This document shows, one piece after another, positions 19,346-30,297 of a DNA stretch of 64,000 nucleotides. Below the pieces are notes generated by a model. It was given only the letters and a program-made list of their open reading frames with translations. It searched no databases and was not told the DNA's origin. The stretch lies in the NCBI GenBank assembly GCA_001800135.1, contig MGUU01000002.1, positions 2,388-66,387 on the forward strand, written 5' to 3'. Each line of letters starts with the position of its first letter. The first letter of the stretch is position 1. Source of the stretch: Elusimicrobia bacterium RIFCSPLOWO2_02_FULL_39_32 (GTDB lineage: Bacteria; Elusimicrobiota; Elusimicrobia; 2-02-FULL-39-32). The position numbers and the translations under genes are program-made.

Positions 19346-20593
19346 CTATTTTTTTATGTCGCTAAATGTATGTTGTCTGGGAGGAATAGGAGCATCCAAT
19401 ATCCCAAACTGTTGCGCATAGTTTAGCCTCAATGGTTTTAAACTAAAAAATCCAAATTTTCGATTAATTTCATCCATTGTTGAATTTATCTTTTTCCTTT
19501 GCCTCATTGTTTCAAATAAAAATCCTTGAGAAGGCTCCCTAATCAGAGAAGAGACGCTAATGCCCAGAAGTCTTATGGGCTGTAAAAAAGGTTGAATTTT
19601 TTTTAAAATAGCAAAGCTGGTTGCAAAAATTTCATATCCATCATCGGTAGGCTCTTTTCTTTGAACCTGCCTTGTAAAAGTAGTGAAATCCTTATAACGC
19701 AGGGTCAAGACAACAGTTAACCCTTGATAACGCCCTTTCCTTAACCGCACCGCCACCTTCTCGCTTAAAAGCCTTAAAAAAGATTGTAAAATTTCCATGT
19801 CAGATGTGTCTTTTGGAAAAGTTGTAGAGTGTCCTATGGATTTTACAGTTTCCTGTTCTGTGCTTCTCCTTACTCGGCTTTCATCCTTGCCCTGCCCCAT
19901 TCTTTTTAAAATATTTCCCCAGAATCCAAAATAATTCTGTAGTTTTCCTAACTCCATATCCCCTAAATCTTTGCAGCTCCTAATCCCAAGCTGGTTTAAT
20001 TTTTGTTTTATCTTATCTCCAATGCCGCATAATTCATCCACAAGAGTTTCAGATAAAATTTTTTCTATTTCTTCCGGCAAAATAACTGTAAGACCATTTG
20101 GTTTCTTTTTTTCAGAAGCTAATTTTGCCAAAAGCTTATTTGGAGCCACTCCAATAGATGAAGAAAGACCCAAGACAGATTTTATTTTTTCCTGAACCAT
20201 TTTTGCTAGGCCAACCCCATCCTTTGCAAAACATTTTAGGCTGTGCGTTACATCTAAAAAAGCTTCATCGCAGGAGAACATCTCCACCTGGTCCGTAAAA
20301 GATTCTAAAATATTCACTAACTTTCTAGTTGAATCCAAATATTTTTCAGAACTGCCTTCTACCACAATTGCTTGAGGACAAAATTTCTTGGCTTCATACA
20401 AATTCATCCCTGTTTTAACGCCGAACTTCCTGGCAGGGTAAGAAGCAGTCATCACTACAGAACGCCTGCGAGAATCTGCCACCACAAGCACTGGCTTTTC
20501 CCTTAAAAATGGATTTGCCTTTTGCTCAATAGAAGCGAAAAAAGCATCCATATCCACATGTAAAATAACTCGATTTTTCTGATTCTGGTTCAT
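19346..20593 (-). CDS. dinB: DNA polymerase IV (Y-family)
   Basis: ILHVDMDAFFASIEQ. The SxDEAFLD palm motif. Confidence 0.9.
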   Translation of the reverse strand: MNQNQKNRVILHVDMDAFFASIEQKANPFLREKPVLVVADSRRRSVVMTASYPARKFGVKTGMNLYEAKKFCPQAIVVEGSSEKYLDSTRKLVNILESFTDQVEMFSCDEAFLDVTHSLKCFAKDGVGLAKMVQEKIKSVLGLSSSIGVAPNKLLAKLASEKKKPNGLTVILPEEIEKILSETLVDELCGIGDKIKQKLNQLGIRSCKDLGDMELGKLQNYFGFWGNILKRMGQGKDESRVRRSTEQETVKSIGHSTTFPKDTSDMEILQSFLRLLSEKVAVRLRKGRYQGLTVVLTLRYKDFTTFTRQVQRKEPTDDGYEIFATSFAILKKIQPFLQPIRLLGISVSSLIREPSQGFLFETMRQRKKINSTMDEINRKFGFFSLKPLRLNYAQQFGILDAPIPPRQHTFSDIKK

Positions 20594-20597
20594 TGCT

Positions 20598-21203
20598 TTA
20601 ACCTGAATATTTCCTAATCAAACCAACCACTTTACCCACAATCTCTGCTCCTTTTGCCAAAATAGGTTTGTATTTAGGATTTGCAGGAACTAAATAAAAC
20701 TCTTTTCCTTTTTTCTTAAAATATTTTACTGTTGTTTCATCCCCATATCGGGCCACTACAATTTCTCCATTCTCTGCAAATTGCTGAATTTTTACAACTA
20801 CAATATCTTTTTCAAAAATACCTGCCTCCTGCATGCTATCCCCCTTGACCTCCAAAGCAAAAACAGGACCTTTTGCCAAAGAAGAGTCCAGATCAATAAA
20901 GCGATCGTATTCTTCCAAAGCAAGCTGAGGCTCTCCTGCTGGAACCTGACCCAAAACCGGAATTCTAACAGCATTGGCAAACGGGGTTACCTCTTTTCTT
21001 AGTTCTATAGTTCTAAATTGACCTTTAGGACAGTGAAGGTATCCTTTTTTTTCAATCCTTTTAAGATGGTAATCAATGGTATTAGGGGATTTAAAGCCCA
21101 CCTGCTCTGCTAATTCTCTTTGGGAAGGGGTGTAACCATTCTTTCTAATAAAAGAAAGAATGCCATTAAAAATCTTTTTTTCTTGTTCAGTTAAAGGTTC
21201 CAT
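20598..21203 (-). CDS. lexA: LexA repressor
   Basis: Winged HTH (TPSQRELAEQVGFKSPNTIDYHL) plus an S24 peptidase domain (Ala-Gly cleavage site, Ser in GDSM, Lys). A 4-bp gap separates it from dinB. Confidence 0.9.
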   Translation of the reverse strand: MEPLTEQEKKIFNGILSFIRKNGYTPSQRELAEQVGFKSPNTIDYHLKRIEKKGYLHCPKGQFRTIELRKEVTPFANAVRIPVLGQVPAGEPQLALEEYDRFIDLDSSLAKGPVFALEVKGDSMQEAGIFEKDIVVVKIQQFAENGEIVVARYGDETTVKYFKKKGKEFYLVPANPKYKPILAKGAEIVGKVVGLIRKYSG

Positions 21204-21216
21204 TAATTGTAAGTAT

Positions 21217-21234
21217 ATAGGACATTTGTCCTAT
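21217..21234. promoter_or_regulatory. Putative LexA operator: the perfect palindrome ATAGGACA-TT-TGTCCTAT, 14-31 nt upstream of the lexA start
   Basis: An 8+2+8 perfect inverted repeat in the lexA promoter region. It does not match the classical CTGT-N8-ACAG or CGAAC-N4-GTTCG boxes. Confidence 0.5.
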
Positions 21235-21454
21235 TGTCAAATAAGAGCGATTTATTCTTTAATATTCATTGAGATATCTACGAACTTTAACCTCTCAAAT
21301 TTAACATTTGAATATTGTATGATTGTAAATAGTTCATGCTGATAAAGTCATTTCTCTTATGAAAACTTTTTATCAGCACGAACTAAATATAAAATTTTCC
21401 AAAATAATGCAGGTCTTCTTTTTAACCCATAAGGTCTGTAAGGAGGAGGTTTTT

Positions 21455-22450
21455 ATGGCTAAACAAAATAAGGTTCTCTTGTTTTCTCTACTTTATCTTT
21501 TCATTCTTTCTGTTTCTCCACTTTTAGCTGCAATGCCAAGAGCAGTGATTGATCTTATTGTTACGGAGGAAAAATCTGGAAAATATTTTCCAAATGTTAA
21601 AGTTTCCGGAACCTTTGAAGATGAATCTGGCGCCAAGAAAGATCTTGCAGAAAAAAATACGGATATTCGCGGCCAATATGAAGAGTTTGTAACAGTCAAT
21701 GGTAAATTTATTCTTACAGTTTCAGCTCCAGGATATCAAACTGAAATTGTGGAAGGCCAAGTAAAAGGAACTGATGTTAAAGTTTCAAGGCGCATAAGAA
21801 ATAAAATTACTTTAAAAAGAGCTGTTATAAAAAAAGAAGAGCCTAAAGAAACTCCTTTAATTCAAGAACAAAAGCCGCCTGCAATCACTCCTCAAACACA
21901 AACAGAATATAGTCCACAAATAGAAACTATTCCATATTCACCTCCCCCCATGACTTTAGGGGACATGACTGCTGAAACCGGATGGGACAAAAATCGAATT
22001 CATCGTCTTGCCTTAGAATCTCTTTTTGAAGGAGATATTCATTTTGGTTATGTTACACGCAAACTGTGCGAAGCCACTTTAACGCATCAGGAATCATTCT
22101 TAAAAGGTCTTTTAGAAATAGCAAAACAATATGTTTTAAGTAAAAACTTTTCGCAAGACTATCTGGAGATGCGCTCCAATTGGTTCGGCATAAAAGATAA
22201 TGTGGAGGATGCTAAGGTTCCTTTATCCGTAAATGAGCTGATTAAAAAAAGATTGCAGTGGTTCTTAGATGAATCTCTAAGCGTAGATTTTAATGCTGAA
22301 ACAACCAGCAAAGATTGTTGGGTAGTGTTTGTTAAAGAGGATTATGAAAAAAAGTCTAAGATCTGGAAAAAATGTTACCGGGCAGGACCGCGCCTTACAA
22401 AAATCGCAAGAGATTTCGCCACGGACTTGCTTAACACCTTAAAAAAATAA
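21455..22450 (+). CDS. Hypothetical secreted protein
   Basis: Strong RBS AAGGAGGAGG. Signal peptide MAKQNKVLLFSLLYLFILSVSPLLAA. No recognisable domain. Confidence 0.5.
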   Translation: MAKQNKVLLFSLLYLFILSVSPLLAAMPRAVIDLIVTEEKSGKYFPNVKVSGTFEDESGAKKDLAEKNTDIRGQYEEFVTVNGKFILTVSAPGYQTEIVEGQVKGTDVKVSRRIRNKITLKRAVIKKEEPKETPLIQEQKPPAITPQTQTEYSPQIETIPYSPPPMTLGDMTAETGWDKNRIHRLALESLFEGDIHFGYVTRKLCEATLTHQESFLKGLLEIAKQYVLSKNFSQDYLEMRSNWFGIKDNVEDAKVPLSVNELIKKRLQWFLDESLSVDFNAETTSKDCWVVFVKEDYEKKSKIWKKCYRAGPRLTKIARDFATDLLNTLKK

Positions 22451-22455
22451 AATCT

Positions 22456-23088
22456 ATGGCTACTATTGATATATCCATAGAAATAAAAAATGGCATGGTC
22501 CATTGGCCAGATAACCCACCTGTCTCCATTAAGCGGATCTTAGATTTAAAACGAAAAGATTCCTGCACACTCTCTTTAATCTCCATGGGTAGCCATACAG
22601 GAACTCATATGGATGCACCTGTCCATTTTTTAAAAAATGGACAGGGAATTGACAAAATGCCTTTAGATGCTGTGCTTGGCAAAGCGCGAGTAATTGAAAT
22701 CAAAGATCCAGAAGCGATTAAGGTTAAAGAATTAATAAAATATAAAATTCGTTCGGGAGAACGGATTCTTTTTAAAACAAGAAATTCTAAACAATGTTGG
22801 AAAACTAACAGCTTCATAAAAAATTTTGTTTACATTAGTAAAGAAGCTGCCCAATTTTTAGGTAAACTAAAAGTAAAAACTGTTGGAATTGACTATCTTT
22901 CTGTCGGAGGATATGCAAAGAATGGGGTTGAAATCCATCGCACTCTAATCTCTTCAAAAATTTGGATTATTGAAGGATTAAATCTTTCCAAAGTAAAACC
23001 AGGGAGATATGATTTAATCTGCCTCCCTTTAAAAATTTTAGATGGAGATGGAAGCCCTGCCAGAGCAATCTTAAAAACAACCTCTTAG
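22456..23088 (+). CDS. Cyclase-family protein (kynurenine formamidase-like)
   Basis: HTGTHMDAPVHF metal-binding motif. Confidence 0.75.
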   Translation: MATIDISIEIKNGMVHWPDNPPVSIKRILDLKRKDSCTLSLISMGSHTGTHMDAPVHFLKNGQGIDKMPLDAVLGKARVIEIKDPEAIKVKELIKYKIRSGERILFKTRNSKQCWKTNSFIKNFVYISKEAAQFLGKLKVKTVGIDYLSVGGYAKNGVEIHRTLISSKIWIIEGLNLSKVKPGRYDLICLPLKILDGDGSPARAILKTTS

Positions 23089-23228
23089 GAAAAACTTTGA
23101 GTTTAAAAAAATAAAACTCTATACATTCTTTGGATTATGATCGTAACTATAAAGTCTTAGAAGATTTAATCACTACGCTTATAAAGCTACTTCTTGCATT
23201 CAATCATAAAACAATATGCCTAAAATAA

Positions 23229-23783
23229 TTGATGAGTGAATCAAAATCAGACTCTGATATTATTCAGGAAATTAGAAATGGAGAGATTCAATCCTTTGCT
23301 GAAATTATTAAAAAATATCAAAATAAGGTTTTAAACCTTTGTCATTCAATTGTAGGCGAGTCCCATGCTGAAGATGCTGCCCAGGAAATCTTCATAAAAG
23401 CTTATCAATCTCTTCCTAATCTTAAAATATCATCCTTTTTTTCTACCTGGCTTTATAGAATCGCTTACAACCACTGCCTCAACATCCTTTCTAAACAAAA
23501 AATAAATAATACTGTATCTTTAGATGCTCTAGATCAGGAAATAGAGGGAATTGATCCTACTTTTCCATCCAAATTAGAAACCGAAGAAGCAAAAGAGCTG
23601 ATCCAAAAAGCTTTAGAACTTCTCCCCCCAGAGGCTCGAATGATTCTTACCCTTAGAGAAATGGAAGGTTTAAGCTATAAAGAACTCGCTCTATTACTTG
23701 AAATTCCTGTAGAGACCATCAAGGTTCGACTTTTTAGAGCAAGAAAATCACTGATCTTAGCCTTTAAAAAAATAGGCCTGTAA
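23229..23783 (+). CDS. ECF-type RNA polymerase sigma-70 factor
   Basis: Sigma-70 region 2 (FSTWLYRIAYNHCLN) and region 4 HTH (LSYKELALLLEIPVETIKVRL). Confidence 0.85.
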   Translation: MMSESKSDSDIIQEIRNGEIQSFAEIIKKYQNKVLNLCHSIVGESHAEDAAQEIFIKAYQSLPNLKISSFFSTWLYRIAYNHCLNILSKQKINNTVSLDALDQEIEGIDPTFPSKLETEEAKELIQKALELLPPEARMILTLREMEGLSYKELALLLEIPVETIKVRLFRARKSLILAFKKIGL

Positions 23784-23823
23784 CATTTCTCTTTTAATCT
23801 TGTCTAAATAAAGGAGATAAAAA

Positions 23824-24369
23824 ATGAAACATGAAGAAATAGAAGAACTCCTATCTGCCTTTTATGATGATGAACTAGAACCCCTGCAAAAAAATCTAAT
23901 AACCCACCATCTTCAATCTTGCCAGAACTGTCATTTAATCCTAGAATCTTGGAAAAAAATTAAACAAAGCGCTTTTTTACAGGTTCCACTTCAAATTAAG
24001 GAAAGTTTTGCAGAAAAAGTAATGGCTAGGATTGAAGAAAAACCTAATTCTGTTTCTTTCACTTTATTTAAACTTTCAGAAACTTTTACTTTTTCTGCCT
24101 TGAAAACCAGTTTTAATACTCATTGGAGGTCGCCAGACTTAAGGATTCAATGGAAAATTGCTTTAGCCTTATCTAGTTTGCTTTTTATCCTGCTTATTCC
24201 TTTGGAAAGAAACTCAGATATGCGGGAAGAACCTGACTCCAGCGAGATACTTCTAGGAAATATTGAAAACAACTCTTTGCAAGCTGAAAATTGGCTATTT
24301 TCTGAAAGCGAAGATCAAAAAGAAGATTTTATGGAAATGGTTTTTGAAAAGTACAATGAAAATATTTAG
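23824..24369 (+). CDS. Anti-sigma factor, zf-HC2 (ZAS) type, with a TM segment
   Basis: HLQSCQNCH (H-x3-C-x2-C) follows the sigma gene. One TM helix (IALALSSLLFILLIPL). Confidence 0.7.
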   Translation: MKHEEIEELLSAFYDDELEPLQKNLITHHLQSCQNCHLILESWKKIKQSAFLQVPLQIKESFAEKVMARIEEKPNSVSFTLFKLSETFTFSALKTSFNTHWRSPDLRIQWKIALALSSLLFILLIPLERNSDMREEPDSSEILLGNIENNSLQAENWLFSESEDQKEDFMEMVFEKYNENI

Positions 24370-24381
24370 GAGGAAATTTTA

Positions 24382-24774
24382 ATGAATCTTAAAAAAATTA
24401 TTGTATCTTTCCTGATAGGCCTTCTGGCAGGAGCAGCTCTCTATAAATGGTCTGCTTATTACTGCGGATTTCATTGTCATGGCAAGTGGGGATGGGGAAT
24501 GCATCGAGAATTTAAGACTGGTAAAATGCTGGAGAAATACACAAAAAAATTGAACTTAACTGATGACCAAAAACAAAAAATTGAAAAAATCTTAAATGAT
24601 AACTTTCAACAATTTAAAGAGTTAAAAAGTAAAGCGCGTCCTCAATTTGAAGAGCTTAAATCCAAAACCCACTTAGAGATTAAAAAAATTCTAAGCCCTG
24701 AACAAACTGTTAAGTTTGAAAAAATGATAGAGGAACGAAAGAAAAAAAGGAAAAAGAGGTTTGAAACCCATTGA
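24382..24774 (+). CDS. Spy/CpxP-family periplasmic stress protein
   Basis: Signal/TM helix. LTDDQKQKIEKIL (LTxxQ) motifs. Confidence 0.6.
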   Translation: MNLKKIIVSFLIGLLAGAALYKWSAYYCGFHCHGKWGWGMHREFKTGKMLEKYTKKLNLTDDQKQKIEKILNDNFQQFKELKSKARPQFEELKSKTHLEIKKILSPEQTVKFEKMIEERKKKRKKRFETH

Positions 24775-26027
24775 TTTTACTTTACTTATTAATAACCGCA
24801 ATGATTCCCGCTATTGCTTTTTCAGATGAAAAAGATTCAGATTCCATGAATCTAACTTGGGAACAGATTGTTCAAACTGCGGAAAAAAACAATCCAGACA
24901 TTCTAGCTGCGCGCTCAAACATTAAATCGTCAGAAGCAAAAATTAAAATTAATCTTAGCGATTTTTTTCCACAGTTATCTGGAAATGCTTCCTATTCTAA
25001 GTCCAAAACTCAAAGCAACATAAGTGAAGAGGATACTTCTCTTGGTTTAACTGCCCAGCAATCCATTTTTTCAGGATTCTCCTCTAAAGGAAATGTGGAT
25101 TCTGCCAAAGCTCTTTTTTTAAAAAGCAAAGCTAGCCTGTTAGAGACAGAATCGCGTGTATTGTACGAACTACGGTCTGCGTATATCAATGTCTTATATT
25201 CCCAAGAAAATAGTAAACTTCTTCAAAAAATTTTGGATCGTAAAGAGGATAACAAAAAATTAATTGAGCTGCGCTATCAGGGCGGGAGAGAAAATCGCGG
25301 ATCTTTCTTACGAGCCCAAGCTCAAGCTAGTCAATCCCAATTTGAACTAAAGCAGGCAGAACGTAATTTGCGTGTGGCTAAAAAAACTTTAAGCCGCGCT
25401 ATGGGAAAAGATTTAAACCCTTCTCAGAAAATTTTAGGATATTTTGAAGTTGAGATCCAAAACAACTCACCCGATTTTGAATTGTTAGCTAAACAAAACC
25501 CAACAGTTCGAAATAGTGAAGCTACTTTAATGAATGCTCAAAGCCTGCTGATTCAAGCCAGGTCCAATTTTTTTCCATCTTTGTCGCTTTCTGCCAGCGG
25601 AAAAAAGCAAGGTAAAAATTTAACACTGAATAATGATAGCTGGTCTATTGGAGGATCAATCTCTTACCCGTTTTTTGCCGGAGGGAGACATTATTATAAT
25701 GTGCTTGAGGCTAAAGCAGAAATAGAGCAAGCTCTAGCCCAACTAGAAAGCCAGGAACAAAAAATTAAAATTGCTTTAGAAGATGCTTATGTAAAATTCG
25801 AGAATGCGCTAGAGCAGGTTAAAATTCAAAAACAATTTTTGGAAGCTGCCCAAGAGCGGGCAAAAATTGCCCGCTCACAATATAATAACGGCATGCTTTC
25901 TTATCAAGACTGGGACTTAATTGAAAATGACCTTACCCTTACGGAAAAACAAACTCTAGAATCCTTACAGAGAGCAGCGCTGGCTGAAGCTGCATGGTTT
26001 GAAACCCAAGGGAAAAGTTTACATTAA
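24771..26027 (+). CDS. TolC-family outer-membrane efflux protein
   Basis: Signal peptide. Two OEP repeats. Confidence 0.8.
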   Translation: MILLYLLITAMIPAIAFSDEKDSDSMNLTWEQIVQTAEKNNPDILAARSNIKSSEAKIKINLSDFFPQLSGNASYSKSKTQSNISEEDTSLGLTAQQSIFSGFSSKGNVDSAKALFLKSKASLLETESRVLYELRSAYINVLYSQENSKLLQKILDRKEDNKKLIELRYQGGRENRGSFLRAQAQASQSQFELKQAERNLRVAKKTLSRAMGKDLNPSQKILGYFEVEIQNNSPDFELLAKQNPTVRNSEATLMNAQSLLIQARSNFFPSLSLSASGKKQGKNLTLNNDSWSIGGSISYPFFAGGRHYYNVLEAKAEIEQALAQLESQEQKIKIALEDAYVKFENALEQVKIQKQFLEAAQERAKIARSQYNNGMLSYQDWDLIENDLTLTEKQTLESLQRAALAEAAWFETQGKSLH

Positions 26028-26037
26028 ACCCAAATAT

Positions 26038-27033
26038 ATGAAAACTAAAAAAATCCTAAAAATAACTCTAATTCTAATTCTGATTGGAATTTGTTTGTTT
26101 TTCTGGAAAAAATTTAAGCGCAAAAATTTAAAAGAGAGATTTAAAACCATAGCTGTAGAAAAAGGAAATATTAAAATTACAGTGCAAGCTACTGGCACCC
26201 TGATGCCGCAAAATCGGCTGGAAATAAAACCACCTATTCCTGGAAGGATAGAGAACATCCGTGTTGAGGAAGGACAAACAGTTAAAAAAGGAGAGATTCT
26301 TGCCTGGATCAGCAGCACAGAAAGGGCCGCTCTCCTGGATGCAGCCCGCTCCAAAGGTGAAAAAGAACTTACCTACTGGAAGGATCTCTATAAGCCAACC
26401 CCATTAATATCTCCCATGGATGGAGTGATTATTGTGCGCAACATGCAGCCAGGCCAAAGCATTACAATTCAAGATGCTCCTCTTGTGTTATCGGACCGTC
26501 TAATTGTTAAAGCTCAGGTAGATGAAACGGATATTGGACAGTTGCTCCTTCAGCAAAAAGTAGAAATTATTTTAGATGCTTACCCAAATGTAAAGATTAA
26601 AGGCACAGTGAATCACATCGCCTATGAATCTAAAACCGTGAACAATGTGACGATGTACGAGGTGGAGGTATTGCCGGAAAAAATTCTAGATTTTATGCGC
26701 TCTGGCATGACTGCAAATCTTAAATTTACTATTCAAGAGAAAGAACATATTCTCATTATTCCACAGGAAGCTGTGAAAACCATGGATAACCAGACAACTG
26801 TGTTTGTTCCTTCTAAAGAAGAAAAAAATAAAAAAAACAGAATTCCAAAAACCATTGAAACTGGAATAACAGATGGAAAAAAAATTGAAATCCTTCAAGG
26901 TCTTTCTGAAGGCGAACCTGTCTTAGTTCCTGAAATAAGATTCCAAAACTTAAAATTAAAAAACAACGGGGTTAACCCATTTATGCCTGCAAGAAGAGGT
27001 TCAGGAAATAGAACAAGCGAAACAAAAAAATAA
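26038..27033 (+). CDS. macA: Efflux periplasmic adaptor subunit (MacA/HlyD family)
   Basis: N-terminal TM helix, then biotinyl/lipoyl-like and beta-barrel MFP domains. Start chosen at ATG 26038 (MKTKKILK). Confidence 0.8.
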   Translation: MKTKKILKITLILILIGICLFFWKKFKRKNLKERFKTIAVEKGNIKITVQATGTLMPQNRLEIKPPIPGRIENIRVEEGQTVKKGEILAWISSTERAALLDAARSKGEKELTYWKDLYKPTPLISPMDGVIIVRNMQPGQSITIQDAPLVLSDRLIVKAQVDETDIGQLLLQQKVEIILDAYPNVKIKGTVNHIAYESKTVNNVTMYEVEVLPEKILDFMRSGMTANLKFTIQEKEHILIIPQEAVKTMDNQTTVFVPSKEEKNKKNRIPKTIETGITDGKKIEILQGLSEGEPVLVPEIRFQNLKLKNNGVNPFMPARRGSGNRTSETKK

Positions 27034-27050
27034 TTTTTTAAAATTTCATT

Positions 27051-29039
27051 ATGCTAATCGAAATAAAAGGAATTAAAAAAACATACCAGATGGGTGAGAC
27101 CATGGTGCCAGCTCTTCGCAACATTAACTGTTCCATTGATTCAGGAGAATTTGTAGCGATTATGGGCCCTTCCGGATCAGGAAAATCCACGCTCATGCAC
27201 ATCCTGGGACTTCTGGACACCCCAGACTCTGGTTCCTACAGGTTAGCTGAACAGGAAATTTCAGGTTTAACTGAAGATGAACTCTCCCGATTGCGCGGAA
27301 AAATAATCGGATTTGTCTTTCAACAATTCAATCTCATTCCAAGAACATCCGCTTTAGAAAATGTTGCTCTGCCCTTGCTTTACACACAATCTAAAGATCA
27401 TAAAACATTTCCAAAACATCTATTAGAACAGGTAGGACTTGAAGGAAGAATAAACCACAAGCCCAATGAACTCTCCGGAGGGCAGCAACAAAGAGTTGCC
27501 ATTGCCAGAGCTCTTGTGAACCAGCCAAGAATCATTTTTGCAGATGAACCAACCGGCAATCTTGATTCAAAATCTCAAAATGAGATCATGCATATTTTTA
27601 AAAAACTAAATGAACAAGGACTGACTATTATTTTAGTGACTCATGAAGAAGAAGTAGCGGCTAATGCTAACAGGATCATTAAAATGCGAGATGGAATGAT
27701 CCTCTCAGATGAAATCCGCTCAGAACTAGAAAAATTTAACACTGTCCGAACAATAACAAAACCCGCTATAAAAACCCTTGAGGCGCTCTTTCCACAAACA
27801 AAAAATAGTCCTTCCTATTCTCTTTTTGAAGCCTCTGAACATTTTAAACAGGCATGGCGCTCATTATCCATCAATAAAGTGCGCACAGGACTTTCCATGC
27901 TTGGAATCCTGATTGGGGTGGGAGCAGTGATCAGCATGCTCGCGTTAGGTCAAGGCGCAAAAGAAACCCTTGAAAAGCAGTTATCTTCCCTGGGGTCTAA
28001 CCTTTTAGTTTTGCGGCCTGGTTCCATGAGAGCAAGAGGAGTTGCTTTACAAACCGGAGAAGTCACAAAATTTACTATCCAAGATGCTGAAGAAATTAAA
28101 AAAAATATTCCCATGGTAAAAGATGTCTCACCTTCAGTGACTGGGCGTGGCCAAATCGTAGTTGGAAATAAAAATTGGAACAGCCAAATTTTAGGCGCAT
28201 CTCCTCAATACGCTTCCATGCGAGCATCCTCCCCTTATCTTGGCAGATTTTTTACTCATGATGAAGACCGCCAAAGGGCTCGCGTTGCAGTTTTAGGACA
28301 AACCATTGTTAGGGAACTTTTTTTAAACTCTAACCCTATTGGAGAAATGATTAAAATTAATAAAATTAATTTTCAGGTGATCGGTATCTTGCCGGAAAAA
28401 GGAGCCACTTCTTGGCGTGATCAAGATGACATTGTAGTGATCCCACTCAATACTGCAATGCGCCGGGTTTTAGGAAAAGATTTTGTGGATTCCATAGACA
28501 TAGAGATCATGGATGCAAACAGCATGGAAGATTCCCAAGAACAAATTAAAAACCTAATCATTCAGAACCATCGGATCCCTGCTTCCCAACAAGAATCTTT
28601 TGAAATACGAAATTTAGCGGAAATCCAGGCTGCGCTTTCTGAAACCAGCAGAACCATGTCCTTGCTTTTAGGATCAATCGCTTTGATTTCTCTAATTGTA
28701 GGCGGGATTGGTATTATGAACATTATGCTGGTTTCTGTCACTGAGAGGACCCGAGAGATTGGCCTGCGTAAAGCTGTGGGAGCAAAACAGTTTGATATCC
28801 TTAGCCAATTTTTGATTGAAGCAGTGGTGGTCAGTTGTTTAGGAGGATTGGCAGGGATAGTATTAGGCGCTTCTATTTCCTTTACTATTACCCAGCTAGC
28901 AGGTTGGACCACAAATATATCCTTAGAATCAATACTAATCGCTCTGCTTTTTTCTTTAGGAGTCGGAATAGGATTTGGTCTTTGGCCAGCTAAAAAAGCA
29001 GCTTCTCTTAATCCTATTGACGCTTTGCGTTACGAATAA
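27051..29039 (+). CDS. macB: MacB-type ABC transporter, fused ATPase-permease
   Basis: Walker [25 protein letters not shown], a periplasmic MacB_PCD domain and a C-terminal FtsX domain. Confidence 0.9.
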   Translation: MLIEIKGIKKTYQMGETMVPALRNINCSIDSGEFVAIMGPSGSGKSTLMHILGLLDTPDSGSYRLAEQEISGLTEDELSRLRGKIIGFVFQQFNLIPRTSALENVALPLLYTQSKDHKTFPKHLLEQVGLEGRINHKPNELSGGQQQRVAIARALVNQPRIIFADEPTGNLDSKSQNEIMHIFKKLNEQGLTIILVTHEEEVAANANRIIKMRDGMILSDEIRSELEKFNTVRTITKPAIKTLEALFPQTKNSPSYSLFEASEHFKQAWRSLSINKVRTGLSMLGILIGVGAVISMLALGQGAKETLEKQLSSLGSNLLVLRPGSMRARGVALQTGEVTKFTIQDAEEIKKNIPMVKDVSPSVTGRGQIVVGNKNWNSQILGASPQYASMRASSPYLGRFFTHDEDRQRARVAVLGQTIVRELFLNSNPIGEMIKINKINFQVIGILPEKGATSWRDQDDIVVIPLNTAMRRVLGKDFVDSIDIEIMDANSMEDSQEQIKNLIIQNHRIPASQQESFEIRNLAEIQAALSETSRTMSLLLGSIALISLIVGGIGIMNIMLVSVTERTREIGLRKAVGAKQFDILSQFLIEAVVVSCLGGLAGIVLGASISFTITQLAGWTTNISLESILIALLFSLGVGIGFGLWPAKKAASLNPIDALRYE

Positions 29040-29187
29040 AAATCTATTGATCCTTTCTCCAAATAAAAAAATCAGAATTGCGCTTGTTTAGGGCGCAGCC
29101 ATATTTAATCACCTAAAAAATCTCTGTAAGATTCTCCAAAACTTGACGACTAAGGGGTAGAAGCTGTATTGTAAAGGAGAATCTTTC

Positions 29188-30297
29188 ATGAGCATAAGTG
29201 TCTTCATTTTATTTGCTGGACTCTTTTTATCTTATTCAAACGGAGCGAACGATAATTTTAAAGGAGTAGCGACTTTGTTTGGAAGCGGAGCTTCCAATTA
29301 TAAACGCGCTCTCTATTGGGCAACGTTCACAACTTTCCTTGGATCTTTGGCTGCTTTATTTTTTTCAAAAGGGTTAGTTGCAGTTTTTAGTGGAAAGGGG
29401 TTGGTGCCAAACTTAAGTACAGAGATGCCCTTGTTTTTATTCTCTCTTGGTTTAGGGTCAGCGCTCACTATTTATCTCGCTACTGTGACAGGTTTCCCCA
29501 TCTCTACAACTCATGCTCTTGTTGGCGGACTGATCGGCGCAGGCCTTGCAGTAGGACAAAACATTCAGATCGAAAAACTCTGGAACATTTATCTATTACC
29601 ACTCCTATTTTCTCCTCTAATCTCTCTAATTCTAACTCGAGCTTTCTATCCTTTATTTCAATCTCTAAGAGAAGTGTGTGGCATCAATGGCCAAACCTGT
29701 TTTTGTATTAATGGTAAAGAAGAGATTGTGGAAGTAACACCAGGAGGAGCTGCAATATTAAAATCATCTGGTATTACTTTAACAATAGATCAGGTCTCTG
29801 TGTGCCAAACCCGCTACATGGGCACGCTTTTAGGTTTGAGAGCACAGACTGTTCTTGACCGGGTTCATTATCTCAGCGCAGGCGCAGTGAGCTTTGCCCG
29901 AGGACTGAATGACGCCCCTAAGATAGCGGCTTTGATGATTGGCGCTAAAATTTTTGGAATTAATAATGCCATCTTGTGGGTTGGGAGCCTTATGGTTTTG
30001 GGAGGATTACTCAATGCGCGCAAAGTAGCTCAAACCATGAGCAAAAAAATTACTCCGATGAACCACGGTCAAGGCTTTACAGCCAATTTAGTTTCTGCGA
30101 TTCTTGTGACTACAGCATCATTTTTTAGTCTTCCTGTTTCAACCACGCATGTGACCTGCGGCGCGATTTTTGGAATTGGCATGGTAAGCCAGAAAGCTGA
30201 TTGGAGGATGATTAGAAATATTTTAATCTCTTGGCTAATTACGCTGCCGGTTGCCGGAATATTATCGGCATCAATTTTATTATTACTGAAAAATTAG
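29188..30297 (+). CDS. PiT-family inorganic phosphate (potentially arsenate) transporter
   Basis: GANDNFKGVATLFGSG and duplicated PISTTH / PVSTTH signature motifs of the PHO4/PiT family. Confidence 0.8.
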   Translation: MSISVFILFAGLFLSYSNGANDNFKGVATLFGSGASNYKRALYWATFTTFLGSLAALFFSKGLVAVFSGKGLVPNLSTEMPLFLFSLGLGSALTIYLATVTGFPISTTHALVGGLIGAGLAVGQNIQIEKLWNIYLLPLLFSPLISLILTRAFYPLFQSLREVCGINGQTCFCINGKEEIVEVTPGGAAILKSSGITLTIDQVSVCQTRYMGTLLGLRAQTVLDRVHYLSAGAVSFARGLNDAPKIAALMIGAKIFGINNAILWVGSLMVLGGLLNARKVAQTMSKKITPMNHGQGFTANLVSAILVTTASFFSLPVSTTHVTCGAIFGIGMVSQKADWRMIRNILISWLITLPVAGILSASILLLLKN

